Under the pieces are notes generated by a model. It had not been told where the DNA came from. It worked only from the letters and a program-made list of their open reading frames with translations, and did no database searches. From Carcharhinus longimanus (lineage: Eukaryota): a stretch of 64,000 bases of DNA. Location: NCBI GenBank assembly GCA_030264375.1, contig JASCQW010000162.1, positions 95,411,631 through 95,475,630 on the forward strand, written 5' to 3'. Every line of letters begins with the position of its first letter. Position 1 is the stretch's first letter. A program made the position numbers and the translations under genes. Shown here in pieces: positions 10,945 through 24,690 of this stretch.

Positions 10945-12434
10945 CATTGCTGTTGTGCGATTTGCTCATGTGCTGTAAATGGTACTTGGCAATGTTTCTG
11001 CATTATAATTCTCTCATAGACAGGCCTTTGGTGTCCTAGTCTCTGAAAAGTCCACACCTCCATTTTTGCCCCAACTTGAGAAATAACCAGCCTTTAGTCT
11101 TCAACAGATTCCCTTCAATGTTCTTGTGAGTAAAGAGCTTTTATCATAACACTTTGAATTAGCTGGCAAGTTCTAAACTAATGAGATTAACTACACAATC
11201 ACTCACAAGTTCCATGCTATAAAAGTAAGTAATGTTCCATTTCATTCATCAAGAACCAACCAGGTTTTGCTAAAATGTAACAACTAATCATGCTTCTCAA
11301 ATTTCAGGCATATTGTGCGACATATTAAGTTTAGTTTAAAACAAAATCTATATATCACAAAATTTATAGGTGTTAAGGAACATTCCACTACGATGGAAAA
11401 AACAACATCAGTCTCTAGTAAAAGCTCACAGTTGCCATAAATATATTCTAACTACACTCAAGCAATCGTGACGTAAGAAGAATTAGAATAAAAAGTCACC
11501 TGCTGCACACTTGTGGAACTTTCTTATCACTAATTTCAGTTAACTTTGGACTTTGCATGAAAAAAATGTAAATGTGCAAACAAAACTTGTTATGATGAAA
11601 AAAATATGCAAATATGAAACTTAAATTTTTTTTAACATGTGGCCCAGGCTCAGAGGCTACAAAATCTTCTACTGCCCCCTTGTGGCACTTCATATATCTC
11701 GAGTCCTCTGAGCTCCTCACTTTATCATGGCTCTCCTTTGACTTGTGTGGGCATCAGACAAAAGAGGGTGAGGCTGAAAAAGAAGTTATACCGCTGTTTT
11801 TGTCTTTTGAAATCAAGGGACACCTTGCAATTTGCCAACAGTTTTAGGCACTCTTCAATTTCAAAGAGATGGTCCCATTGATACCTCTCATTTTAGCCCT
11901 TGCATTCAGAATCACCAAATTTACTCATTATTGCTGTTCGGGGTGTTTCGGTCGTCAAAGTACCTCAGTCCAAAATACCAGAGGATGTTATACTTAACAA
12001 TTCAAGTGTGCTTGAGACTTGGCTAATAATGTGTATTCAGCTAATGTTGAAATATATTGCCCATTTCGCTGTAGATCACTGCAGTGAGATATACCATTTA
12101 TTTTAATAGTGCCGTACAGCCCCTGAAACAAGAGATGAGGAAGGTGAGTCAAACAAATTGTGAATATTTCTGTGCAAAAGCTGAACCGTTGTTGCCTTTT
12201 TTCATCTCCTTTCCATGAGTGAAATAACCAAAGCAGCAAATCTGTCGAAACGATGATTACAGGCCACATCATAACATTGAAACTTCAACTAAACTGCTGC
12301 TGTAATCAAGATGGCTGACAGGATACAATTAGGATGAAAGGTAAAGGTGATTACATTTTCATATGTAATCAAATTTTATTTGTGTTTCATGATTTGGGGT
12401 ACTGTTTTTATTTTAATTGTTCGACAGAGAATAG

Positions 12435-13515
12435 CCAGCTTTGCAGAAGTGCACTAGGTGTTTATTGTTCAACGTGATGTCAAGAAACAGCTGGATACTG
12501 CAAAGGTTTTGGGCCCTGACAACATTCCGTCAGTAGCTCCAGAACTTGCCACTCCCCTAGCCAAGCTGTTCCAGTACAGCTACAACACTGGCATCTTCCT
12601 GGCAATGTGGGAAATTGACCAGGTAATGTCCTGTACACAAAACGCAGGACAAATCCAACCCTGCCAATTACTGCCCCATCAGTCTACTCTTAATTATCGG
12701 TAAAGTAATGGAAAGGGGTCATCAACAGCACTATCAAGGGGCCCTTGCTCAGCAATACCCACCCACTAATGCTCAATTTAGGTTCCATCAGGATCACTTA
12801 GTGCCTGACTTCATTAAGCCTTGATTCAAACATGGACAAAAGCACTGAATTCAAGAAGTGAGGTTGGAGATACTGCCTTTGATGTCAAGGCAGCATTTGA
12901 CTCAGCTTGGCGTCAAGAAACCCAAGCAAAACTGGAATCAATGGGAATCTGTCACAAAGGAAGATGGTTTTGGTGGTTGAAAGTCAATCATTTCTGTGCA
13001 ATGTTCAACACTACTCGTGACTACTCAGATACTGAAGTAGCCAATGTTCAAATGCAGCAAGATCTGGACAATATCAAGGCTTGGGCTGACAAATGACAAG
13101 TAACGTTTATGCCACACAAATGTCAGCCAATAACCATCACCAATAAGATACACTCTAACCACTGCCCCTTGACATTCAATCGTTTCACCATCACTGAATC
13201 CTCTACTGTCAACATCGTTGGGGTTACCATTGACCAGAAACTCAACTGGACTTGCCACATCAACAGGGGGTACAAGAGCAGGTCAGAGGCTAGGAGTACG
13301 GGGGGGAGTAACTCACCTCCTGACTACCCAAAGCCGATCCTTCATCTATAAGGCACAAGTCAGGAGTGCGATGGAATATTCCCCACTTGCCTAGATGGGT
13401 GCAATTCCATCAGAACTCAAGAAGCTTGACAGCATCCTGGATAAAGAAGCCAGCTTGATTAACACCACATCTTCAAACACCCATTCCCTGCATCACCGAC
13501 TCTCAGTAGCAACAG
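12435..13515 (+). mobile_element. CR1-clade LINE ORF2 (RT) fragment, decayed and internally deleted
   Basis: 'LDTAKVLGPDNIP..APELATPLAKLFQYSYNTGI', 'TAFDVKAAFDSAW', 'QMQQDLDNIKAWADK'; runs into the N gap. Confidence 0.9.
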
Positions 13516-13679
13516 NNNNNNNNNNNNNNNNNNNNNNNNNNNNNNNNNNNNNNNNNNNNNNNNNNNNNNNNNNNNNNNNNNNNNNNNNNNNNNNNNNNNN
13601 NNNNNNNNNNNNNNNCTCCGCCACCCCACCCCCAACACCACCACTAGAGAACAACCTGCTCTCCCTCCTCTTCCCCGCC

Positions 13680-13965
13680 CCCACCAGAGAATGATCTTGC
13701 CTCCCTTCTCACTTTTTGTCGCCTGGGAGCAATGTAGCAAGGGAGCATTTTTCAAATTTCTTTTTTTACTGTACATGCGCAGTTGATGACTCCAATTGGA
13801 GCAGCAGCGTTTCAGATACGATAAGCCCCGCCCACAGCGCAATTCAAATTTGGGAATTTTATTTCAGGCTGAGTGCATATGCGGGCGCCTGAGAACAAGG
13901 TTTCCAAGTTGGATCTGAATCACGCCCAGATTCAGCATTTAGAATGAAAATGGTAAAATTGGGCC
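13680..13965. mobile_element. MITE-like DNA transposon fragment (one end)
   Basis: CpG-rich stretch ending 'agaatgaaaatggtaaaattgggccc'; similar to the end of the element at ~52440-52458. Confidence 0.45.
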
Positions 13966-14934
13966 CTAAGTTTCACCTTTTGTACTCTGAGTAACTACCT
14001 TTTGTTCCCCCTCTCTGCTTTCTGTCTTAAAGCTAGCTAGTAATCCATTCTGCCACTTGTCCTCTAACTCTATATTCTCTGATCTTGTTCATTAGCTCGA
14101 AAAGTGCAATAAAGTTGACAAAGTAGGATTATCTTTTTCTGCTCACTATGCATCATGTTTTAAATTTCTAGAGGTTCTTCTCTCCTTTAGTAGTGATTCT
14201 ATTATTTTTCTTACATCCACCAGTCCTTGGCCACTACACCTTTACCTAATGAACTATTAAATATATGTAGTGATGTCTCTCTATCACTTCCCTAGATTCT
14301 TTTAAAAGTTGATGCAATTCTTCCTAACCAGTGGCTTTATCCATTTTGAGATGTTTAGTATAATTAATGCATCCTCTTTTATTTTAAATGCACTTTTCTC
14401 TTTTCTCATCTAACTGTTTGATGTCATGTTGACCTGTTCTATCTCCCTGGTAAATACAAAAGTGAAATAGTCGTTTAATATTTAAGCCAAATCTCTATGG
14501 CTACCTTTGATAATATCATGTTTATCCCTTAATGGTTCTGTTCCCATCACAGCCTTTCATTTTTAGTGATATGCCTGTGAAATATTTCACTGTTTTATGG
14601 TTCCTTCATTATTTAATTTCATAGTTCCTCTTTCCTATTTCAGCGCTATGCTGTTGGCCTCTCCAGTGGGAATAGGCCCTGCCCACTGATTTTTAATGAT
14701 AATCATGCTAGGCCTCTCTGCAGTGCACAGAGTGTGGGAGATTCATTTTGAAAATCCGTTAAAAAAAACCAATGGGATTTACTCCAGTTTTTACACAAAC
14801 TCAACACTCAGATTTTTTTGGGAGAAATGCATCTGTTATACCCTGCAATATTTAACTCTCAGTTCTGAGTTTTTTCTTGTCATGTCTCATTAGTCCTTTT
14901 TACGTCCGATTCCTCCCAAAGCATTAATGCCTCC

Positions 14935-15525
14935 AGCTCATAGTCTAAGGCTACAGGATAAACCTTTTAGAAGTGGGATAAGGAGAAATTCATTCACCCA
15001 GAGAGTGGTAAGCCTATAAAATATGCTATCACAGAAAGCAGTTGAGGCTAAAACATTGTATGTGTTTAAGAATGACTTAGACATCGCTCCTGGGGCAAAG
15101 AGGATCAAAGATATGGGAGTCACAGTGGTTAACACTTCTGTCTCACAGTGTCAAGACCTGGGTTCGATTCCTGGCTTGGGTCACTGAGCAGAGTTTGCAT
15201 GTTCTCCCCGTGTCTGTGTGGGTTTCCTCTGGGTGCTTCAACTTCGTCTCACAGTCTGAGAGATGTGCTGGTTAGATGCATTGGCCATGCTAAATTCTTC
15301 CTCAGTGTGCCCGAACAGGCACCAAAGTGTGGAGATTAGGGGTTTTCACAGTAACTTTGTTGCTGTGTTAATATAAGTCTACTTGTGATTAATAAATAAA
15401 CTTTAAAAACGATCAAGCTATTGAGTTGGATGATCTGCCATGTTCGTGATGAATGGTGGAGCAGGCTTAAAGGACCAAACGGCCTCCTCCTGCTCCTACT
15501 CCTATCTTCTATGTTTCCATGTTTC
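14935..15525 (+). mobile_element. CR1 LINE 3' end split by a SINE insertion
   Basis: 'aggagaaattcattcacccagagagtggta...' before the SINE and 'gatgatctgccatg...ggcctcctcctgctcct...tctatgtttccatgtttc' after it. Confidence 0.85.
15114..15405 (+). mobile_element. HE1-type SINE, subfamily B tail, nested in CR1
   Basis: HE1 head and core plus 'ttcacagtaac...ctacttgtgattaataaataaacttt'. Confidence 0.88.
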
Positions 15526-15626
15526 CCCTGTTTTATTATGTACACCATACGGATTGCTTTACATATATTTTAATTAATTAATAGGATTCCCTCCCATTTT
15601 ATGTGAATCCTTTTATGTAATTCTAT

Positions 15627-15754
15627 GGGCAAGATTCTCCAATGTCTCAGCACTCCTCCCTGCTACCAGCGAGAATGGAGAATTTGGTGCCCAGCTAAAA
15701 CTCCATTCACTGTAGTGGCACCAGAGATGTGGACAAGGTCGGAGGTTTTCGGCT
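15627..15754. mobile_element. Short Harbinger-like MITE
   Basis: Left end gggcaagattctcc, degenerate inverted right end. Related internal sequence in reverse orientation at ~27510-27650. Confidence 0.5.
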
Positions 15755-16539
15755 CATTTATTTCATTACTATCAGTGTCCTCCCTTACTTTATTTTCTCC
15801 TGTGACCTGTTTCATTTATATTTAGGCTGCTTATGTTTTTTGTTGATCATTCCCCATCTTAAGTTTAAAACTTTTTCCACCTCCTTTCTGCAGGAACATG
15901 GATCCCATCTGAACACAAGTGCAACAAATCCTATTGGAACATTTCCTTCCTGTTCCAGAACTGGTGCCGGTGGCCCATGGAAAGGACTATTTTCCCACAC
16001 CAGTCTTTTTATCACATGTTAAGTCACTTGATTTGTTAGCTACTATGCCAAGTAGCAAGTGGCTCAGACAATAATTCAGAGATCATTATCGTCGAGGTCA
16101 TGCATTTTAATTTAGAGCCTGACTCCTGATACTCTTTCAACAAGACCTTTTCCCTGTTCATAACTTTACTGTTTGTTCCAAAGTAAACCAGGACATCTGA
16201 ATTTAACTCCTTTCCATCTAAATTCCTCTCCAGTCATTGTGAGATATCTCTTACCCTAGCATTGGGTAGGCAACAAATTCTTAGAGATTGTCATTCTTGG
16301 CTGCAGTGGGTGCTACCTATCTCTTTGATACCCCAGTCCCCCATTGCACCCGGCTCCCAGCAGCCTTCTGCACCATGGTACCTTGGCCTGCGTTATGGAT
16401 GTGCTACCTGCTTTCTTTCTCCTTATCCTCACAGACAGTGAGTACATCATAAAGGGTCATCTGGACTCGAAATGTCAGCTCTTTTCTCTCCTTACAGATG
16501 CTGCCAGACCTGCTGAGATTTTCCAGCATTTTCTCTTTT

Positions 16540-16810
16540 GGAAGGGCAGCAGATACATGGGAACACCACTAGATATTCCCCTCTTAGTCACTCACCATCC
16601 TGATTTGGAAATATATCAGCATTCCTTCACTGTTGCTGGGTCAGAGTCCTGGAATTCTCTCCCTAACAGAATTGTGGGCGCACATACACCTCAGGCACTT
16701 CAGCGGTTTAAGTAGACAGCTTACCACCACCTTTTGGAGGGCAAGTGGGAAGGGAATAAATGTGGGTCCAGACAGCGACACCCACATCCCTTAAATAAAT
16801 TTAAAAAAAA
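16540..16810 (+). mobile_element. CR1-clade LINE 3' end (family of 12435-13515)
   Basis: 'ttccttcactgttgctgggtcagagtcctggaattctctccc...aataaatgtggg...cccacatccc' followed by an A-rich tail. Confidence 0.8.
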
Positions 16811-17567
16811 CTTTGCCATCACAAATAGTTTTTGATGCTATCATTACCTTGTGTACACTCATGGGAAGTTGAACTACATTTGAACAAGAGGCTTTTTAAT
16901 GAGTGGGAAAGATATGAAAAAACCTTTAAGCAAATGTGTGGTGAAAATGGGATGTAATTTCTCTACAAATGATAGCTAGGAGTGATGCTACTGCCTAATT
17001 ATATCTGCTGGTAGTGATTGAAGATTGGCCTCCAGGAAATTTCCATTACTCTTGAGTTGCAAATGTTAAGGATCAAATGGCGGCTGAGGAAATAGGGTGG
17101 TTTAATAGTTTCTCATCTTTTTGGAGGGTCGTGCACTCCACACACCAGTAAATTGAATAAAGGCTGAAAGCTGATCTCTCGCTGTTATTACAGAAAAAGT
17201 AATCTTTCTGTAACAAGGAGACATAATTATGAAACCAAGCATGTACAGACATTTAAAAAAGTTCAAATTGTTTTGACAAAGCCGTAGGGTAAAAATTAAT
17301 CTCAGCCCGTTTTTACGAGCGAGGCACCACTTGAAAAGAAATGCCTCAGGTGGGCATGAAATTGGGTTTCAGGCTTCATCTAAGTATCCCCGATGAGTCG
17401 CCAGCACCTCCAAAGGTTGCTGGAACTTCTACCGGTGAATCAATATCCCTCAACTAAGTCCAGAGAGATTTGGGCAGAAGTGGATGATTACGGACAGAGG
17501 GAGAGCATTTGATCATGGTTGCCACAAATACTCTTGAGCATTCCTTCTCTTCCTGGCTCCACATTGA

Positions 17568-17830
17568 AAGATCTAAAGACAGGGGACACAGATTTAAGGT
17601 TTTGGGCAAGAGATGTAGGCCAGATGTGAAGAATTTTTGTTACACAGCACATGGTAATGATCTGGAACATTCTGCCTGTGAGGATGGTGGAATGATTTCA
17701 GAAGGGAATTGGATGGATACTTCAAGGAAATGATCTTGCAGGCCGATTAGAGTAGTGGCGCATGGGACTTACTGGATTGCTTTACAGGGAGCCATATGGA
17801 CTCAATGGACCATATAGCCCCCTTCTGTGA
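17568..17830 (+). mobile_element. CR1 LINE 3' end
   Basis: 'aggggacacagatttaaggttttgggcaag...tttttgttacacagc...cccttctgtg'. Confidence 0.7.
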
Positions 17831-19529
17831 CTTCATACCAGAAGAGATAAATGGAGTAACTAGGAAAAGGTTCCATTAACCAACTCTACCGCTGCACCCC
17901 CCCCACCCCCTTTTACCACATTTAAAAGCCTTAACACCTGTTTTTGACAGCTGCTAGAAATACCTAAAATATAGGCACTACAAATTTATCAACAGTTCCA
18001 ATGCCTACCTCAGTTGGTCATAGCGGTTCCACTGAACTTTCCATGAATTGAATCTGTTGTATGTGCATAAAGAGCTGTCTTGTATACTAATTTTCACCTC
18101 AGTTTATCTGCTGTAGAGCTGTGCTTATCTGTTGCTTGCCCCTAACATTTGTTAAAGAAAATGGCCACAAGTCTTGGAAAATTCATTTGGTGCACATAAT
18201 CATGTTTATTTTTATTTCTACTTTCCAACTGGGGGTAAAAAAATGACTGTTGAACAGACGTTGCGTGCGGGGGCAGCAAAGGCTATTATTATTTTAGGAG
18301 AAAAGTTGGACCTAATTTAGTAGGGCACTTGGGTCACAACTCTGAGGCTGTGAATATAAGTGTATTGTAGATGGTATTCACGGCTGCAACGGTGCAGAAG
18401 ACAATTTACATTAGGTAATAATTGAAAATGTATCCCTATCCATTTGTGGAGACTTAAAATGATAGTGAAACTGTTAATGAAACTATCATTAAAAGGTTGA
18501 AAATTGAATTCATTTAAAGTTTTCTTCTTTTTGCTTGTTTTCTTCAAAAAGAATCACCATTTTGTGTAAACTGCTGTTTCTAAAATATCACAATTGCAAT
18601 TTTACTGAATTAAATTAAGTAGAGCACTTTTAAATTCTGTGTTTCTGGCAGACGAGTTTGTCAATCGCAGCATCGTCACATTAATTGAGGTTCATTTTTT
18701 GTTTGATATGGTGTACAGGGCACATGCAGGATAAAATAGCCTGAACACAAGCTTTGTTTATACAATCAGTACTGGTTTAATAGTTTTGACGATTGCAGCT
18801 TTAAAGTGTAAGATTAATTTAGTTTTAAAAAGGTTCCTTTCCAAACCTTCTTGCTTTGTGTAGTTCAAGACTGTCATCCTGTTGTAAATATCAGTACATT
18901 TCTGCTGAGTGAATAAGTACTAAATGCTTGCGTGCCAGTGAGGTCAAACATTTATGGGAACTGTAAACCCAGGGCAGATATCAAAACATTTTGAAAAACG
19001 TGGGCCTGATTTTTATCAAGGGGCATGTGGCATTCCCCTCTGGGAGATTAAAAAACAGCCTTAACCCACGATGGCAAGTCCTTCTCTTGCCTGCACAGCT
19101 GATAGGAAACTATTGCCTGAGTGTTTCGAAGAGAACAGATCAATGTATAACAGGGCAGGCTGTCATTCCCAGCAACATGCTTTTAAATTGCTTCTTGCAC
19201 CAGACAATGGCTAATGCTATTGTTAAATTCGACCACAAAATTATCCTTAATCATCAATCAATGTCCTAATAGTTTTTAACACAAGTGAAAGAAAATGCAA
19301 GACTGTAGTGAGGTGCAAATGTTAATCATTATAAGATGTTTTTTGAAAACATTTTAAAAAAATTATCTGCAAGACCTAATAGATCCCTGATCTTAAGGAT
19401 TTATGGTACCTCAACAAAGGCCATGGAGGTAGTAAAAGTCTGCCAGCGATCTCTTAAAATATAAACTGATCACAAGGTATACCTTTCAGCCCATTTGGCA
19501 TCATTTTTCCAGAACATATAAGATACCGA

Positions 19530-19756
19530 AAAGACTTGATTACCTGTAAAGACTCGCACTCCAACCATTAATTTGTAAATTGAGTTTGTGTCTTTATATG
19601 CCCTGTTTGTGAGCACAACTCCCACTTACCTGACAAAGGGGCAGTGTTCTGAAAGCTAGTGGATTGTGCTACCAAGTAAACCTGTTGGACTTTAACCTGG
19701 CGTTGTGAGACTTTTTAATGTGTTTACTTCAGTCCAATGTCAGCACCTCCACATCA
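19530..19756 (+). repeat. Penelope-like terminal fragment (second family)
   Basis: 'cctgacaaaggggcag...gaaagctagtgg...aaacctgttggactttaacctggcgttgtgagact'. Related pieces at ~29068-29190 (reverse) and ~59328-59405. Confidence 0.6.
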
Positions 19757-20066
19757 TAGAATCCCTACAGTGTAGAAAGAGGCCATTTGGTCTATCACGC
19801 CTGCACCAGCAATAATCCCACCCAAGCCCTATCCCTGTGACCCCGCGTACTTACTCTACTACTCTCCCTGACATTAAGGGGCAATTTAGCATGTCCAATC
19901 CACCTAACCTGCACATCTTGAACTGTGGGAGAAAACTGGAGCACCCGGAGGAAACCCAGGCAGACACGAGGAGGACGTGCAAACTCCACACAAACAATTA
20001 CTCGGGGCCGGAATTGAACCCGGATGTTTGGTGCTGTGAGGCAATGGTGCTAACTACTGTGCTACC
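19754..20066 (-). mobile_element. HE1-type SINE, CR1-type tail
   Basis: Full reverse-complement copy, from 'catagaatccctacagtg' to 'ctaactactgtgctacc'. Confidence 0.92.
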
Positions 20067-21072
20067 TGGATAAAGAAATATTTTCTCAAATCTGTCTTGA
20101 ATTTGCCTTTCTGAGTTTGAGCAATGGTGAAATAATGGCCACCTTGCCGCGATACTGGAATCTCAGCCTGACGGCAGTGCAAGCTATATCAGTTGAGATT
20201 TGGCGCTGGTTTTGAGAATATCCTGAGTGGATAGTCTTACCCGGACTTACAATTCAACCGCAAAGTAAACATTTGAAGAAAACTCAGGCTGTCACAGGGA
20301 AAAACACATTTCTACTTGTAAAGCCATATTAATGGCCAGTCATAAAAAGAATTGTGTAGAAAATTGAAGCTGTGGATCAAGAGCAAAAGAAACTATTTTC
20401 CTCCAGCTCAGACCTGCTGTTAATGAGCTCAGTGAAAAGGTGTTGTGAAGTATCATCACAGCAGTGATGGAAGTAATAATACAAAAGAGTTATTTGTTCC
20501 CCCCAAGGACATGAATATAACAAGAGTTGGCAGGTTGCACAGGAGGTTGTAAGAAGGCCGAGGAATTCAGGAACAGTAGAAGCTGTGTAGGTTACAACTG
20601 GTACTATGTGAGGCAGCAGGTTTATTGAAAGTGCCATTGTAGAGGAGGAGTGTGCAAACATCTTCAGACACAACAGGGATTCAGCTAAGCAGTACAGCCA
20701 CCTATCCACAGTTAGCAGCAAGGCCTTTAATGTTATATCGCATGATACATCCAGAAACCTATCCTAACTACAAAGCCCATGAATTTATTGTTTATCAGTC
20801 TGGCAATCTGTGTTATCTTTGTGCAAATATATTGCGGGGAGAGTGCAGATTACTACCAGCAATATTTCAAAGTTTTTGCGATGATTTGATTTTTCTTCTT
20901 TCAGATGGGGAAACCATGACTACTTCCATGTACAACACAAAGGGCCACAGAAGGTTACCTTAAGTAGCAAGCAATCAACCAAGATGTCTTTTTATTGTTT
21001 TCTGCATGAGTATTGTGCTTCCTGTCAAAAATAGCACCTCCATTAACAGCCAACCTACATTTAAAGTAATAC

Positions 21073-23241
21073 AGGGAGAGATTTAGCAGGCCTGCTCCCC
21101 GCCAATGCAAATCCTGTTTCGGGCACTAAATCTCACGAGAGGGCCAAAATGGGATTTGTGTCAGTGAGATCTTAGTTTGAGAACTTCCCCACACCCCACC
21201 AGCAATATAACAGGATTCACCAGAGAGGCATGAATTTAAATTCATTTAAAGATAATTATACATCTTTACGCCATAGCATCCTTCTCCCTTGGAATGTAAC
21301 CCCACACTGCCATGATTCATTACTGGTTTTCGATACCAAGAACTAGTCAAGGTGACCGTGCTTGGGGTGCAGAGTTGCCTGGAAGCTCCAGAGGTTGAGG
21401 GCCAAGGCTGGATATTGCCTCCTGCCCACCCTGACTATCCCCCACTGGCACTGCAAGGGGGCAATGAGGTGGGCACTGCGATAGGTACTGCCAGAGAGCT
21501 TGCCCTCCTCCATTGAGGGGATTCCCTTTTTGTGTGGCAGGGGGAGAAAGCCGCACAGCGAGGACAGTGTGGGTAGGGGGCAAAAGAGTGCCCCCTATAC
21601 TCCTGTGGTTGGAACGGATTGTGCTAATGTCGCCATCTTGAGCTTGTGGGGGGGTGGGTTTGGTGGGGTGCCTTCATTGTGTGTGGGAGTGGTGCGTCTA
21701 TTATTTTCACATTAGTGCACCTTTTAAAAATGGTGCCCTGATCTCTGTGGAGCTGATCAGGCCTCATTCCCCAGAGTGATGGTGCAAATCACATCCCCCA
21801 ATTTTATTTTCACCAAGCGTCACAAGATCTGGTGAGAAAACCTGGATGGAAACACACCAGTTTCAGTCAGAACCTGACGCGCCAATTCTCCTGTTGTGGG
21901 TCGAAGTGCCCATGCTAGTGGGAAAATGGGTGCGTTTCCCGCTGGCGTTGGCAGCATCTGACAGGAATTTACCCACCTGAAAGATGCTAATGTGGCCATC
22001 TTGAGCAACCAACCAACCAGGCCCACTATTCCATAAGACCAGGCCATTATAATATGGCTCCCATATCTCTGCGTTTGGATGCAGGCAACCCTCTCCACAC
22101 AAAATGAAATGGTGTCCCCTGCATTGACCATGGGAGCATTGCTAACCCTTCACCAAACAGGGGCAGCTTCCACCCCTTTCCACATCATGTAGGCATGGAG
22201 GTGACCCTATTCAACTCCCCCAGTCCTGCCCACTTTCCTCTAAGACAACCCACTTAGCCCCCACCCTTCTCCAGCCCCCTCACCCTCAGACCCCACACTC
22301 AACCTCCCTCCACCTTAAATCCCCCAGTTTAGTCACTCCCACTCCTCAAATGCCCAACTCAGCCACCCCCTTTTCCCCTTCAGATCCCCCACTCAGGCCC
22401 CCTTCTCCCCTTGAGATCCTCCACTCAGGCCTCCTTCCCCCTCAGATGATACCTCCATTCCAGGGGAGAGTTGCAAGGTCATCACCTTGTCCCCAAACCT
22501 GAGCCCATCTAACTCTCAGGAATCCTTCCTCTGCTGCCCGACAGCAGCTGAGGGAGAAATGGCTACTAAACGTATCTCCTTGAGCACCCTCGGGGCCCAA
22601 GGCCCCAGACCAGGTTGTCAGTGCCAGGGTAAAGTAAGGTAAAAGTAAAGTTTATTTATTAGTCACAAGTAAGGCTTACATTAACATTGCAATGAAGTTA
22701 CTGTAAAATTCCCCTGGCCGCCACACTATGGCACCTGTTCATGTCAAAGCATCTAACCAAGGGTGCAGTGCGTAGTTGGCAATGCCAAGGCAGTTGGCCT
22801 GAATGTGGATGTGTGGGGCATCTGTTGGGGGGCATGGGGATTGGGTCACCATCATGTCTAGCTGGTGTGGGGAGGGGCTTAATGCCCCTCTTTTCAGAGA
22901 GGTTCCACTGGACCTCGGGGTGCAGCACACCATGTCCCCACTTGTGGGCAGCAACTGTAAAGCCCTCCCGATGTTGTTCCGCTGGTGAGTCAGATGAATG
23001 GAGGGAGGCTGGTGAATGTGCTGTCAAACACACTAATTACATTCAAATTAGTGGGTTTGCATAATTAATAGCTTGCTGCCCACTCTGGGTGGGAATCCGA
23101 TTGGGGCTGGCAGGTGGGATGGGGCGGGTGAGTCCCAAAAGCCCTTACACCCATTGGGAATCACAATCTTTGGCTGATGTGCCATTCACTGGGGCATTGG
23201 GATTCCCGCTGGCCATGTGAAGGGAGTCAGAGAATCACCCC
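21073..23241. mobile_element. GC-rich non-autonomous DNA transposon or composite (Harbinger-like ends)
   Basis: GC-rich block starting 'gggagagatt' and ending 'agagaatcacccc'. Contains a C-rich imperfect tandem array (~22240-22450) and a reversed SINE B tail (~22640-22740). Confidence 0.45.
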
Positions 23242-23559
23242 TTTTGCCATTTTTTTTTGGAAATTTCCACCTGCTGTCTTCAGAACTTGTGCTTGATTTT
23301 TTTTTCAAATTGTTTTAAATATTTAAATTTTTGGAATATCAATCTTGTTTGATTATGGTATTACAACGACATAATGGAAATAACATAAATAAAACACCAA
23401 ACATTTATATAATTGTGATTACTGAGTATGACATTGTGCGTTGAGTGCACAGAAAGCAGTATGGGTTAGAAATGTGGTTGTGTAATGTTGATTCGAATGG
23501 CATTATGCCAGCCATCACCATTACCCAGTGGCTCGATTGGCTGCTTGCTGCTTTCTGTG

Positions 23560-23880
23560 TGACTGGCATGGCATTGCAGCAGGAGCAGAGTGGGTGCGCA
23601 CAGTCTTTGAAGGCTGCTGCTACCCTGATGCCATACAGTCTGGTTATATGTTGGGTCCTGCACCAATGTTCTTGAAAAGACCAGGCACTCAAATCTGTGG
23701 TAAGGTTACTTCTGACATTTTTCTCTCCTGTGAAGAGTCTGGAAATACCATGGAGTATTTGTTGAGGAGTTTTGTATTGGGCTTCTGGATTTGTTGTAGG
23801 GTGTTGCTGCATTCTCACTGCAAGGGCAGAAGAGGATTGAGAAAAAGGTGACCTATCCATAAGAAAGCTGCAATAGGTTG
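23560..23880 (-). pseudogene. Possible Harbinger transposase C-terminal remnant
   Basis: 'HPTTNPEAQYK' (cf. NP.T.AE..YN) followed by 'HRFECL' (cf. RFRCL) in another frame. Confidence 0.3.
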
Positions 23881-23944
23881 GGGGGCAGCAGTGGGGATGC
23901 CTCTTGGTGGGCAGGATGATTGAGCAGAGACTGCAGAGAGGGCA

Positions 23945-24690
23945 ACATAGAAACTAGAAGCACGAGCAGGCCATTTGGCCCTTCAGGCCTGCTCCACCAT
24001 TCATTTTGATCATGGCTGATCATCAAATTCAATATTCTGATCCCCCCTTCCTCCCATATTCCTTGATCCCTTTACCCCCAAGAACTACATCTATTTTTTT
24101 TTTCTTGAAATCAGACAACGTTTTGGCCTCAACTACTTTTAGTGGTAATGAATTCCACACATTCGCCACATTCACACATTCCTCACCTCAGTTCTAAATC
24201 CTCAAACTATGACCCCCTAATTCTGGACTCCCCCACCATTGGGAACATTCTTTCTGAATCTACCCTGGCTAACCCTGTTAGAATTTTATAAGTTTCTATG
24301 AGATTTCCTCTCAATCTTCTAAACTCCAGTGAATATAATCCTAACCAGCCTCTCCTCATATGACAGACCTGCCGTCCCAGGAATCAGCCTGGTAAACTTT
24401 TGTTGTACTCCATCTGTAGCAAGGACATCCTTCCTCAGATAAGGACACCAAAACTGCACACAATTCTCCAGATGTGGCCTCACAACACCCTATACAATTG
24501 ATGCAAAACACCTCTATTCTTTGGCTATGAAGGCCAACATGCCATTTGCCTTCTTTACTGCCTGCTGTACCAGTGTGCTTACTTTTAGCAACTGATGCAT
24601 GAGGACTGAAAGGTCTCATTGAGTATCCATCTCTCTCAATTTACACACATTCAAGTAATAATCTGTCTTCCTATTATCGCTACCAAAAGT
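23945..24690 (-). mobile_element. CR1 (HER1-like) LINE 3' portion
   Basis: Reverse tail 'catagaaactagaagc...ggccatttggccc' and ORF2 C-terminal signature 'ccttcctcagataaggacaccaaaactgcacacaa..ctccagatgtggcctcac'. Confidence 0.9.
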
